From a virus, in IMG/VR virus record IMGVR_UViG_3300045988_142718: 64,000 nucleotides of DNA; one strand, written 5' to 3'. Made by a program: the position numbers and the translations under genes. The notes beneath the pieces are model-generated. The model did no database searches and was not told where the DNA came from. It saw only the letters and a program-made list of their open reading frames with translations. Shown piece after piece: positions 1 through 9,158 of this stretch; position 1 is the first letter of the stretch, and every line of letters starts with the position of its first letter.

Positions 1-984
1 TGGAGAGCTGGAGGACCTAGTGGTATTAAGTTGGATTATCCTGCAAGCTTCCAGCATACGGTTACTGGAGATTATTATTTCTATGCTCTATTCATGAAAG
101 ATGAAGAACCAGAACCAGAACAGGTATTGATTAAAACCAATTCTGATAGAGGTGGTTTAACTGAACCAATGTCTCAATATTATGCTAAGGGTTCAAGGGT
201 AACCATTACCGCTACTCCGTGGTCAGATTATAATTTCGTTGAATGGAGACTTGGAGGTAGGGATGGACAAGTAGTATCTAGATCTGCTAGTTATACATTC
301 ACTGCTAATTCCAGTGCTACATATTGGGCTGTATTCAAAGAGAAACCAGAAGAGACATATCCAGTACATATTAAAGTAAGTACTGATGGAAAATGTCAAT
401 ATGTTCTTTCACATAGCACTGCTTCTGGTGGAAGTCAAGCTCCAGATACTGGAGTAACATCTGCTACTACAACTAAGGATTGGAATTTGCCTAAGGGTGC
501 TGTAATCCAGGTAGTAGCTCAGGATGGTAGTTCTAAATTCAATAGATGGGAATATACGGTTAATGGAGAGTACACTGGTACTACGGATCATCAAGTTCAA
601 TTTGTGGTTCCTGGAGCTCTTAATATCGATATTAAAGCGGTTAGTAAAGAAGATCCAGAACCTCCACAACAGACCGTGAAAGTTTCACTGAATCTCACAA
701 AAAATAATACTCCTTCAATTGGAGATATTAATATCTATAGAAATGGTAGTATTATGGGGACACATAAACTTTCAAGTTTACCATTATCATTCCCAGCTCA
801 AACTTTTGTTGTAGGGGATAAACTTCATATTGGTTTGCCCGGTGTAGTAGTAACTCGAATTAGAACTGCACATCAAGTAAGTGGTGATTACCGAGATTAT
901 ACTGATTCTGGTAATACTTCTCGGGATATAACCATAGAAGCGGGTTCAACCATTATAAGCTGGGCAATAGAAGGTAAAGGTTAA
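1..984 (+). CDS. Structural/adhesin-like protein, C-terminal part (ORF open at left window edge)
   Basis: Frame 1 has no stop from nt 1. Two ~50-aa modules resemble divergent InlB B-repeats (VTITATPWSDYNFVEW..YTFTANSSATYWAVFKEK; VIQVVAQDGSSKFNRWEY..IDIKAVSKE). Confidence 0.5.
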   Translation, partial: WRAGGPSGIKLDYPASFQHTVTGDYYFYALFMKDEEPEPEQVLIKTNSDRGGLTEPMSQYYAKGSRVTITATPWSDYNFVEWRLGGRDGQVVSRSASYTFTANSSATYWAVFKEKPEETYPVHIKVSTDGKCQYVLSHSTASGGSQAPDTGVTSATTTKDWNLPKGAVIQVVAQDGSSKFNRWEYTVNGEYTGTTDHQVQFVVPGALNIDIKAVSKEDPEPPQQTVKVSLNLTKNNTPSIGDINIYRNGSIMGTHKLSSLPLSFPAQTFVVGDKLHIGLPGVVVTRIRTAHQVSGDYRDYTDSGNTSRDITIEAGSTIISWAIEGKG

Positions 985-1097
985 TTCTTCTGTTCTTAGG
1001 TTTTTTATATGTTGGTGGGAGAGGGTACCTTGTGAAAGGCCTTCTCCTTACTATTTTTTAATGTAAATCCTATGTTAAACTAAAATTTCATAACAAA

Positions 1098-1481
1098 ATG
1101 TTACTCAAGAAGTTAATTATTATGTTGAACATGCTTTTAATGTTCACAGTGGGAATCGCTGCTCAAACTGCAATGGGTTTAAGTAAAGAAGTTGTTGAAC
1201 CTGGGCTTGTAACGGACTTTGCATCTTTTACAGGGATCATGACTTTAATCTCATTGGTAGTAACCCAGCTATCAAAATTAATTCCATCCATCGAAGAAAA
1301 GAGATGGGCTAAACCATTAGTTTCAATTGTAGTGGGAATTTTATCATGCTTATTCGGATGGATACTACAAATTTCTCCAGTATTAGAGGGATTAATCTGG
1401 TATATGGTAATTCCATATGGAGTATTTGCTGGGCTTTCTGCTTGCGGATTGTATAGTATACTTAAACCATTAATCGAATGA
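1098..1481 (+). CDS. Small multi-pass membrane protein, holin-like
   Basis: 127 aa with 3-4 hydrophobic helices (LLMFTVGIAA, IMTLISLVV, LVSIVVGILSCLFGWIL, VIPYGVFAGLSACGL). Sits after a structural gene. Confidence 0.4.
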   Translation: MLLKKLIIMLNMLLMFTVGIAAQTAMGLSKEVVEPGLVTDFASFTGIMTLISLVVTQLSKLIPSIEEKRWAKPLVSIVVGILSCLFGWILQISPVLEGLIWYMVIPYGVFAGLSACGLYSILKPLIE

Positions 1482-1534
1482 ATCTTTCCTCCCAAACGGG
1501 AATAGGTATAACATTATAATAAGATAACACATTT

Positions 1535-1570
1535 AACCCAGACTCTATCAATTAGGGCCTGGGTTTTTTG
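1535..1570. terminator. Hairpin terminator between convergent genes
   Basis: Stem AACCCAG (1535-1541) / CTGGGTT (1559-1565) followed by a T-run. Confidence 0.5.
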
Positions 1571-1577
1571 TTGTAGA

Positions 1578-2225
1578 TTATCCCCATGTTTCTTTCATAT
1601 CTTCGATAGCTTCATGAATTTCCTTGTTAAGCGTAGAGATATATTTAATGTAAAGCTTAGTCCTGGGCAATTCGAAGAAATCTAATAAAGAGCTAGTTGT
1701 AAGCCTGGGTTTAGATTCTTCACTGTAAAAGAAAGGAGGAGGACTCATCTGTAATTGAAATAACAGATAAGCATCAGCAGAAAGGTTAGCTCTCATAAAT
1801 TCATGGATCTCAGATATCCTTTCTTGTTTAACCCTTTCATCTTCTGATAAATCAGATAAATCTTCTTTTGCTCCTTCAAAGCAATCTTCGAAAGAAGCAA
1901 TAGCAACATTAAAATCCAAAGATTGTTTGGAATAAGCATTGATTAATAATCGAGTCTTATATAATTGAAGAGAGCTAATGATGGTAGCCTTAAATTTTTC
2001 TGGGTTCTCAGTACTCAGATTATAATACTTCCGAAATACATAAAGTAACTTGTCATAAAAATATGAGATTATTATATCTCTTGAAACATTGAATCTTCTT
2101 GGGTCAATGTTTTTAGCTAACTTCCTAATCAAAGGTGTCATGCTCTTATAATAAAAATTGAAGAGTTCGACATCATATTCTTCGGGTAATTCTTTCAGCC
2201 TATTGATTTCACCTTCTGCAATCAT
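1578..2225 (-). CDS. Hypothetical protein, possibly a sigma-factor-like transcription protein
   Basis: 215 aa, the only minus-strand gene in the left 45 kb. Has its own TATATTTGCA promoter. Helical, with only loose resemblance to sigma region 2/4 organisation. Confidence 0.3.
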   Translation of the reverse strand: MIAEGEINRLKELPEEYDVELFNFYYKSMTPLIRKLAKNIDPRRFNVSRDIIISYFYDKLLYVFRKYYNLSTENPEKFKATIISSLQLYKTRLLINAYSKQSLDFNVAIASFEDCFEGAKEDLSDLSEDERVKQERISEIHEFMRANLSADAYLLFQLQMSPPPFFYSEESKPRLTTSSLLDFFELPRTKLYIKYISTLNKEIHEAIEDMKETWG

Positions 2226-2234
2226 AATTCCGTT

Positions 2235-2262
2235 GTTTTAAATAAATGTTTATGCAAATATA
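2235..2262 (-). promoter_or_regulatory. Bacteroidetes-type promoter (minus strand), 28-bp copy identical to 3869-3896
   Basis: The reverse complement reads TATATTTGCATAAACATTTATTTAAAAC. The -7-like element lies 27 nt upstream of the ATG at 2225. Confidence 0.6.
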
Positions 2263-2405
2263 TAAATAATATTCTTTTATTATGAGCTCAGGGTAATAAA
2301 ATTTAACCCTAATCAGGGAAGTAACTGATATATAAGGAGTTATAATTAGGATAACCTAAGGAACAATTTACTACTATCAATTTTCAAAACAAACATATAG
2401 ATAAC

Positions 2406-3857
2406 ATGGCAAAGAAAGATAAGAACAAATTTGCTTTCGGAACAGACTTTCAGCAAGAGATATTACATTATATCATAAAAGATAAAAATGGTATCCTTGC
2501 GTTGAACCAGGTCAAGGATTCCTATTTTACTCTCATCAATCATCAAGTTATTGCAAAAGCATTAGCTAAGCTTTCCAAAAAGAATAAACGAATCCCTAAA
2601 AATGCTTCAGTACTTAATCAGGAGATACAGGATTTACTTTCTGTGAAAGGGATTGCAGATTTAGTTACTAAGGATGATTTGGTTGAGATTAAACATACAG
2701 TAGAAAAACTTTATTCAGAGCCTTTATTGGATGGAGAGGATATCCGAGAAAAGGTTTTGAAATTTTCTGTGTTTGTTCAAATGAAGGATTTGAATGATAA
2801 TTTCGATTTATCGGATTTTAATCAATATGATGAATATTCTAAGCGTATTGCTAAACTTCTTTCAAGGACAAAGGAAAGAAAAGATCAACCATTATACTTG
2901 GTTAAAGATGTGGTAGAACGTCAATTTGTGAGACAATCTGATCCTATGGTATTACCTACCCCATTTAGGCAATTGAATCACTTAGCAAATGGTGGAGGAT
3001 TCCCAAAAGGTTCAATCATTGTTGCATTGGATAAATCGAAAGCAACCAAAACTTTCACATTGGTTAATGTTGCGAGAAGTTATTTAAAAATGCAAAAGGT
3101 TGTTCTTTATATAGATATGGAAAATGGAGCCAGTGAAATTATGACTCGTATGGAACAATCAACGTTGAACAGAAGTAAAAATGATTTGTTGTCTGGTGAT
3201 GTGGATAAACTGGAACAAAAACATTTAAGAAAATATCGAAGACTGGGTTCAGAATTCATCGTAAAAAAATTACCCGCAAATGTTGGGACAGTTTCTGATA
3301 TTGCTTCAACAATCGATGAAATATACAATGATACTGGGATGAAGGTTAATGTATTGGTAATCGACTTCATGGGGAAGATGGGATCATTAGGAAAACATGA
3401 AGATGATTTTAATCGTATATCCAATGTATACATAGAGGTTGGTAACCTTGTAATGGAAAAAGATATTGATATCGTATGGACTGCTCAACATGTTACTCGT
3501 CAAGGAGAAGTAAGAAGAGAAACAAGGTATGAAGAATCCGATATAGCAAAATGTATGGACATCTCTCGTACTGCTTCATTTGTTTTTGGGTTAAACTCTA
3601 CTCAAGAAGAAAGAGAACATGGAGTTCAAAGATGGGAAACAGTAGTTGCAAGGGATGCTCCTTCTTGGGGAAGGTGTTTATTTAACATTGACCTGGAAAA
3701 ACAGAGATTCCAGGAATTCACAGTTGCTCAGAGAAAAGCATACGATGAAAAGGTTGCTCCCAATTTAGACAAGCAACTAAAATCTTCAAACTCATTCAAG
3801 AAAAGGGATAAGCCAGTAGCTGACCCAGAAAAAATGAAAAAAGCAAAAGATATATAA
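2406..3857 (+). CDS. DnaB/gp4-like replicative helicase (RecA-fold ATPase)
   Basis: LPTPFRQLNHLANGGGFPKGSIIVALDKSKATKT (DnaB-type P-loop region, deviant Walker A). Walker B is VLVIDFMG. Lies beside the primase gene. Confidence 0.6.
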   Translation: MAKKDKNKFAFGTDFQQEILHYIIKDKNGILALNQVKDSYFTLINHQVIAKALAKLSKKNKRIPKNASVLNQEIQDLLSVKGIADLVTKDDLVEIKHTVEKLYSEPLLDGEDIREKVLKFSVFVQMKDLNDNFDLSDFNQYDEYSKRIAKLLSRTKERKDQPLYLVKDVVERQFVRQSDPMVLPTPFRQLNHLANGGGFPKGSIIVALDKSKATKTFTLVNVARSYLKMQKVVLYIDMENGASEIMTRMEQSTLNRSKNDLLSGDVDKLEQKHLRKYRRLGSEFIVKKLPANVGTVSDIASTIDEIYNDTGMKVNVLVIDFMGKMGSLGKHEDDFNRISNVYIEVGNLVMEKDIDIVWTAQHVTRQGEVRRETRYEESDIAKCMDISRTASFVFGLNSTQEEREHGVQRWETVVARDAPSWGRCLFNIDLEKQRFQEFTVAQRKAYDEKVAPNLDKQLKSSNSFKKRDKPVADPEKMKKAKDI

Positions 3858-3868
3858 TATATAATATG

Positions 3869-3896
3869 TATATTTGCATAAACATTTATTTAAAAC
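3869..3896 (+). promoter_or_regulatory. Bacteroidetes-type promoter
   Basis: TATATTTGCATAAACATTTATTTAAAAC, 33 nt upstream of the ATG at 3912. Confidence 0.6.
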
Positions 3897-3911
3897 TTAA
3901 AATTTAAAACT

Positions 3912-4283
3912 ATGGTAACAACTTGTTCAATTTGCGGTACTACAGAAGCAGTAGATCCTGGGGAATTCAATAAATGCCTTTTACGAGATATCATGGAAGA
4001 AAGGAAATGTTGCTTTCATTGTGCTTTTTGGATTAATCATCTGGGTTTATATAAGGATGACCCAAAATGGTTGGTTATTGATGGAGCTTCTTGGATAGTA
4101 TGTCCTTACGTACCCGCTTCTGAGAGAGGACGTAGTTTCATGGGATGTGGAGGAAGAGAAATGAAAGCTATCACAGAAGATGGTAGAGAATTTTTCTCCA
4201 ACAATTGGTGGCATCAGGGAGACATCCCAGAGAGGTTTTTAAAACTCATCGATAAATCTCACTTTGCTAAATGGGTTAGGTAA
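3912..4283 (+). CDS. Cys-rich hypothetical protein (putative zinc-binding)
   Basis: 123 aa with CSIC..C..CCFHC motifs. Confidence 0.5.
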   Translation: MVTTCSICGTTEAVDPGEFNKCLLRDIMEERKCCFHCAFWINHLGLYKDDPKWLVIDGASWIVCPYVPASERGRSFMGCGGREMKAITEDGREFFSNNWWHQGDIPERFLKLIDKSHFAKWVR

Positions 4284-4285
4284 TC

Positions 4286-5242
4286 ATGTATAATAAAAAT
4301 TTCAGGTCATTATTGGGTGCTTACTTCTTAGCTCATGGATTTGAAGATTATAGAAGGGGTTGGTTAAAGGGTCCATACTTTAGCTGCCCCTTCTGTGGTA
4401 GAGAGGGTAAGCTTGGAGTAAATCCTTCAACAGATTTCTATCATTGTTTTCGATGTAACTCTAAAGGAAATCTCCTCGATTTAGTTTTAATTCTAGAGCG
4501 ATTAGAAACCTTTAATGAAGGATTAAAAGTATTAGAACAGTATAAGGATTCTGGATATCGAATAAAGGAAGAAAGGGTAGAGCTAAAGCAATTAGCCCCT
4601 ATGATTCTCCCAGAAGGTTTCAGATTACTTAATCAAGGAACTTCCCAAATAGCTAAGTCAGCAAGAGCTTATATAAAGGGTAGAGGATTTGATCCCAACC
4701 AATTATCCAAATTAGGTTGGGGATACTCCACAGATGAAAAACATTTCGGATATCTGATTATCCCATATTATAAGGATCACAAGATTATATATTATAATGC
4801 AAGGAATTTTCTTTCAACTGGACCAAGATATTTAAATCCAGATATCGAAGAATCCTCTTTAGGTAAATCACAAATCCTATATAATGAAGAGGCTCTTTAT
4901 ATGTATAAATCTGTTTATCTTTGTGAAGGAGTTTTTAATGCTATTACACTTTCTCAAAATAGGGGAATCTGTACTGCGGGTAAATTTGTTTCATCCTACC
5001 AAGAAAACAAAATTATCAAATCTCCAGTAGAAAGGATTATCCTATGCTTAGATGGAGATGCAATAGAACAAGCAATTCAATTAGCACTTAAATTATGCTT
5101 ATACAAACAAGTCAAGCTAGTTATTTTCCCAAAAGATAAGGATGCTAATGATCTTGGATTAAGGAAATCTTTGCATCTAATATATAATACAAAATATATG
5201 AATTACCAAGAATTAATTCAACTAAAACATGAACTCACATAA
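4286..5242 (+). CDS. dnaG: DNA primase, DnaG-type (CHC2 zinc finger + TOPRIM)
   Basis: CPFCGREGKLGVNPSTDFYHCFRCNSKGN zinc finger. TOPRIM region: LCEGVFNAITL ... LCLDGDAIEQA. Confidence 0.75.
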   Translation: MYNKNFRSLLGAYFLAHGFEDYRRGWLKGPYFSCPFCGREGKLGVNPSTDFYHCFRCNSKGNLLDLVLILERLETFNEGLKVLEQYKDSGYRIKEERVELKQLAPMILPEGFRLLNQGTSQIAKSARAYIKGRGFDPNQLSKLGWGYSTDEKHFGYLIIPYYKDHKIIYYNARNFLSTGPRYLNPDIEESSLGKSQILYNEEALYMYKSVYLCEGVFNAITLSQNRGICTAGKFVSSYQENKIIKSPVERIILCLDGDAIEQAIQLALKLCLYKQVKLVIFPKDKDANDLGLRKSLHLIYNTKYMNYQELIQLKHELT

Positions 5243-5243
5243 A

Positions 5244-5402
5244 ATGAATAAAGGTATGGAAATATTACAGAATCTTTGGAGATGTTTAAAGTCTGACCCT
5301 GATACATTATCAGATGAAGATTATTTTACTTATTATGCTCCTGTTGCATGTTTAGGTATGATTGGATTTATATCGTTTACCATAATATTGCTTATGTTCT
5401 AA
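5244..5402 (+). CDS. Small membrane protein (52 aa), below the ORF-track size cut-off
   Basis: ATG at 5244. C-terminal hydrophobic helix ACLGMIGFISFTIILLMF. Its TAA overlaps the next ATG (TAATG). Confidence 0.3.
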   Translation: MNKGMEILQNLWRCLKSDPDTLSDEDYFTYYAPVACLGMIGFISFTIILLMF

Positions 5403-6220
5403 TGAGAGATCCAAGTATACACATAAAAGAATCTGACTTAATCGAGCTTCTCAAGGATTATATCCCTAAAGGTAAAGTCCTTGAGATTACAAAAAAAGCT
5501 AAGAAGTATGCTTGCATCAAAAGGTCAATGGTTGCTACAAATCAAAAACAAAGGAAGGTAGTAAATACATTATTATCTTCGGATAAAGAGGATGCAAGCT
5601 TAGTTGCTCAGATTATTCAAATGTTACGAATAAAACAGGGTCATACTGGAGTACGAAAGATTAAAGAAAATGGAAGAGAATGGCCTCAGATAAAGGAATT
5701 AACGAATGCTTGCAATAGCTTCTGTGAAGTAAATAACCTGGATAAAAAAGAAGGTTATGTAAAATACTTAGAGATTGCGTTCAAACATATCAAATCCTTT
5801 TATGGGTATCTCTCGAAACTTATTAATCTCTATGATAAGGTAATCGAAGAGTATAGGGTTACTCAAGAATTATCGAATATAGATACCAATGATGCTATTG
5901 AGATGCACTCTGCATATGTTTCAATGATTGCTAGTAAAACGGGATTACAAGAAACATATTTGGATGATCCAGTTAAACTTAATTACTTTGCAAAAGCTGC
6001 AACAGAAGCAAAAAATTTAGGTTGTGATTATGATACCTGGATAGAAGCTCAATTTGATGCTCTATCATTTTGTAATGGGATTCCCTTACCAGAACAACTG
6101 TTTGGGATGAAAGCTAAGGAAAGGTTAATGAAATACCTATATAAATATAACATATCATTGGATAATAATCCCAACTCTCAACCTAAGAATTCAGATTGGG
6201 ATCAAATATTAAACTCATGA
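5402..6220 (+). CDS. Hypothetical protein
   Basis: ORF-track frame 5348-6220. Start moved to the first ATG after the small upstream ORF (TAATG coupling). Confidence 0.5.
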   Translation: MRDPSIHIKESDLIELLKDYIPKGKVLEITKKAKKYACIKRSMVATNQKQRKVVNTLLSSDKEDASLVAQIIQMLRIKQGHTGVRKIKENGREWPQIKELTNACNSFCEVNNLDKKEGYVKYLEIAFKHIKSFYGYLSKLINLYDKVIEEYRVTQELSNIDTNDAIEMHSAYVSMIASKTGLQETYLDDPVKLNYFAKAATEAKNLGCDYDTWIEAQFDALSFCNGIPLPEQLFGMKAKERLMKYLYKYNISLDNNPNSQPKNSDWDQILNS

Positions 6221-7677
6221 ACACAGTTAAAATTACATTGACAGGAAATAAGGGGACTCTATCTGGGCCCCCTGTTTTGTTGAAAAAGGTCTATGATAGG
6301 CTTCGGATCAAACATCCTAATGCTTGGTATTTAATGCAAAGAACCCGGGGTAAATGGGATGGGTATGTAAAATACCTCTCAGATTATGGGGACTTCCAAA
6401 TAGGATTATTAAATCACATCTGTAAGCAATTAAAGGAATTAGATTCATCAGTAAAAATTATAATTCAAGATAACAGGTTAAAGTTACCAATTAAACCAAA
6501 GATGGTAACTAGATTAGGCAATTATCAATTAAGAGATATACAAAAAGATGTAATCAAAAGCTTTATTAATAATTCTGTTGAGGGCCATCCTTTTTATATA
6601 GGTGTAATCAATGCAGCAACCAATAGCGGAAAAACACTTATCATGTCTGCTATACATGAGTGTTTTCAAAGGAAGTTGAGAACTTTAGTGATTATTAATA
6701 ATTCCCAAATCTTTGCTCAAGCCAAAAAAGAATACAGGGAATATTTGCCTGGTGAAGATATTCAATTTATTCAAGGCAAAAATCTGAAATTTGGAAATTT
6801 CAATGTTGGGATGGTTCAAACAATGTCTCAGAAAATTAAAGAGATTCGAAATGAATTATCCAAGATTGATATTGTTTTGGTTGATGAAGCTGATGTTGCT
6901 GATAATAAACAATTCAAAACTGTGTTAAGTTATCTCTATAATGTTCGAATAAGATTGGGATTATCCGGGAGTATTTATATGTCCAAATTAAAAAAGGACC
7001 TTATTCATAATATGAACCTTCGAAGTTTCTTTGGTGATGAGATCCATATTATTACCAAACAAGATATGGTAAAGAAAGGATATTCTACACCGGTGATAAT
7101 TAAGATCACAGAGGGAAACTCACATAATCCTCATTTAGTAGCGGATGGATGGCTCGATACATTTAAAAAGGCAGTTATAGAAGATCCAGTAGCAAAAAAG
7201 AAATCAGCTGAAAGAGTTTTATATAATATTAAATATAATCGACTACCAGCAATTGTTGTTACTCGATTTATTGAACATGCGGAAAGTTTATATAAATATT
7301 ATACTAATCACCCAGAACTCAAGGATTATAATATAAGGGTAATCGATCACACATCGAAAAACCGAGAATCCATAATTAACCAATTTGCTCAGGGAAAAAT
7401 CGATGTATTAATCACCACCTATATTATAAAGCGAGGTATAAATTTACCTTTAGCTGTTTATTTACAGAATGCAGCTGGCTCAGATTCAGAGGAAGATATT
7501 TCCCAAATCTGTGGTCGTATGGAAAGAACATTTAAAGGTAAAAAGAAATCCTATCTCGATGATATGTATTATTATGGGCAATATTTAGAACGGCATAGTA
7601 AACATCGTATCAATTATTATATAAGGACTGGAATGAAAGTTATTAATCTTAAAAAGAAACGAAATGGAAAGCTATGA
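6217..7677 (+). CDS. Superfamily-2 DEAD/DEAH-type helicase
   Basis: Motif I is AATNSGKT, motif II is VLVDEADV, motif VI is QICGRMERT. ATG at 6217 overlaps the upstream stop (ATGA); the track start at 6196 is a TTG. Confidence 0.7.
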   Translation: MNTVKITLTGNKGTLSGPPVLLKKVYDRLRIKHPNAWYLMQRTRGKWDGYVKYLSDYGDFQIGLLNHICKQLKELDSSVKIIIQDNRLKLPIKPKMVTRLGNYQLRDIQKDVIKSFINNSVEGHPFYIGVINAATNSGKTLIMSAIHECFQRKLRTLVIINNSQIFAQAKKEYREYLPGEDIQFIQGKNLKFGNFNVGMVQTMSQKIKEIRNELSKIDIVLVDEADVADNKQFKTVLSYLYNVRIRLGLSGSIYMSKLKKDLIHNMNLRSFFGDEIHIITKQDMVKKGYSTPVIIKITEGNSHNPHLVADGWLDTFKKAVIEDPVAKKKSAERVLYNIKYNRLPAIVVTRFIEHAESLYKYYTNHPELKDYNIRVIDHTSKNRESIINQFAQGKIDVLITTYIIKRGINLPLAVYLQNAAGSDSEEDISQICGRMERTFKGKKKSYLDDMYYYGQYLERHSKHRINYYIRTGMKVINLKKKRNGKL

Positions 7678-7744
7678 TTGGGATTGGGAGGATGATGAAG
7701 ATATCCCAGATTATGAAGAGGATGATTCTTTTGAGATACCTTAA
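7664..7744 (+). CDS. 26-aa highly acidic ORF overlapping the helicase 3' end (small peptide or +1-frame C-terminal tail)
   Basis: MESYDWDWEDDEDIPDYEEDDSFEIP. Lies in the +1 frame relative to the helicase, and that frame stays open back across the A-run CTTAAAAAGAAA. Confidence 0.25.
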   Translation: MESYDWDWEDDEDIPDYEEDDSFEIP

Positions 7745-7977
7745 TTTTTCTGAGAAAACTAACTAAGCAAAAAAGCTAAGCTTTAAATAAGTTTAGGTTT
7801 TTAGGTTAGTTTTGGGGGGAAGGAAAAGAAGATATAGATAAAGAATATCAGAATAGAAAGATAGAAATTCTCAATATAAAGAAAATAGGATATCAAATAT
7901 CAAGGATTAAGGATATAAGGATATCCTATTATCATTTATAAAGGAAATTACATAATGTAATAAAGCATTAAATAAAT

Positions 7978-8451
7978 ATGATACAAACATTAACACTTTC
8001 AAGTAGGAATACTGGAGATTATTTTTTATCTTCAGATGGTCTCCAATTATATCATCGAGAAAGGGACCTAATTAATTTAAATCTGTATGATGATTGCTTT
8101 GGGTGTGTATTTTATATTCCTTCAAATAGGCAATCCTGTTTTAAATGTGAAAAACTCCCTGATGTAGAATGTTTAGCTCAATCTAATTTTCAAATGGTTG
8201 ATGTATATTATTCGTTTATGATTTTATATGAAAACTTAGAATCAGCTGGGTTGAAGATGTATACCAGTTTGAATGAGATACAAAATATGCTTTCAGAGGA
8301 TATTCAAAGTCTATTTATATCTGCGTACAATACATTGCTCACTAAAGATATACTTAGAATTCTTAAAAAGCCTTTAAATAAGGGATATGAATTAGAGTTA
8401 TCAGTAAGAAATGATGAATTAATGATTAAATATACATGGAAACAGAATTAG
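7978..8451 (+). CDS. Hypothetical protein
   Basis: 157-aa ORF after a 233-bp intergenic region. Confidence 0.55.
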   Translation: MIQTLTLSSRNTGDYFLSSDGLQLYHRERDLINLNLYDDCFGCVFYIPSNRQSCFKCEKLPDVECLAQSNFQMVDVYYSFMILYENLESAGLKMYTSLNEIQNMLSEDIQSLFISAYNTLLTKDILRILKKPLNKGYELELSVRNDELMIKYTWKQN

Positions 8452-8792
8452 AAAAACTTGAAAAACAGAGAAAAGACCTTTTCAACGAACTGGATTTGTT
8501 AAGGGAATTTGAAACAGAATCAATGATTGATTATAATGAGCCTATTGATTGTAAAGCTGATCAGGAGCTTAGTTTGGTTCCTCGAGGTGCTTGCAAATAT
8601 TGCACCTTACATTGTGATCAATGCTCTTTGAGATGTAACAGATTCCTTCAATATTATAATAGGAATAAGCTTATCTTTTCTAATAATCTGTTCAAGGTTA
8701 ATCCCAAGTATGAACAGAAGATTAAGGAACAGGTTATTTCTATAGATAAGAAAATCAAAATAATCGAATATAACAATGGCAAAGAAGAATAA
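8436..8792 (+). CDS. Hypothetical Cys-rich protein
   Basis: 118 aa with a CKYCTLHCDQCSLRC cluster. Confidence 0.5.
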   Translation: METELEKLEKQRKDLFNELDLLREFETESMIDYNEPIDCKADQELSLVPRGACKYCTLHCDQCSLRCNRFLQYYNRNKLIFSNNLFKVNPKYEQKIKEQVISIDKKIKIIEYNNGKEE

Positions 8793-9156
8793 ATTACCGG
8801 ATATTAAAGGAGCTCAGGTTTTAGTTCCCACCAATGTATCAGAGATTATTGGTACAAGAGATGATTGCTTTGGCAAAGAATATGACCTCTCTACATCAGA
8901 ATGTAAAAGATGCGGAGACTCTGAGTTATGTGCAGTATGCTTTGCTCAGTTTATGAATAAGACTCGCAAACAGGTAGAAGAAGAAAATACTTTCAAGGAT
9001 ATGGAAAGTATGGTTGATCCTAAACTTGTTGCTAAGTATATGCGGGGATTAAAAAGAAAAGGGTCAGAGAAAAAAGAAGTAATCCATGCTGCAATGGAAA
9101 AGTTTAATCTAGATAAGAAGACTACAAGAACCATTTATAAATCATTAAAGAAGTAA
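8776..9156 (+). CDS. Hypothetical Cys-rich protein
   Basis: 126 aa with CFG..CKRCGDSELCAVC. Confidence 0.5.
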   Translation: MAKKNKLPDIKGAQVLVPTNVSEIIGTRDDCFGKEYDLSTSECKRCGDSELCAVCFAQFMNKTRKQVEEENTFKDMESMVDPKLVAKYMRGLKRKGSEKKEVIHAAMEKFNLDKKTTRTIYKSLKK

Positions 9157-9158
9157 CC

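Noticed and set aside
2235-3896. The 28-bp inverted repeats flanking the DnaB-like helicase gene as the ends of a mobile or invertible element.
   Set aside because: Each copy is positioned as the promoter of an outward-facing gene (1578-2225 on the minus strand, 3912-4283 on the plus strand). No recombinase is adjacent. A shared promoter class is the simpler explanation.
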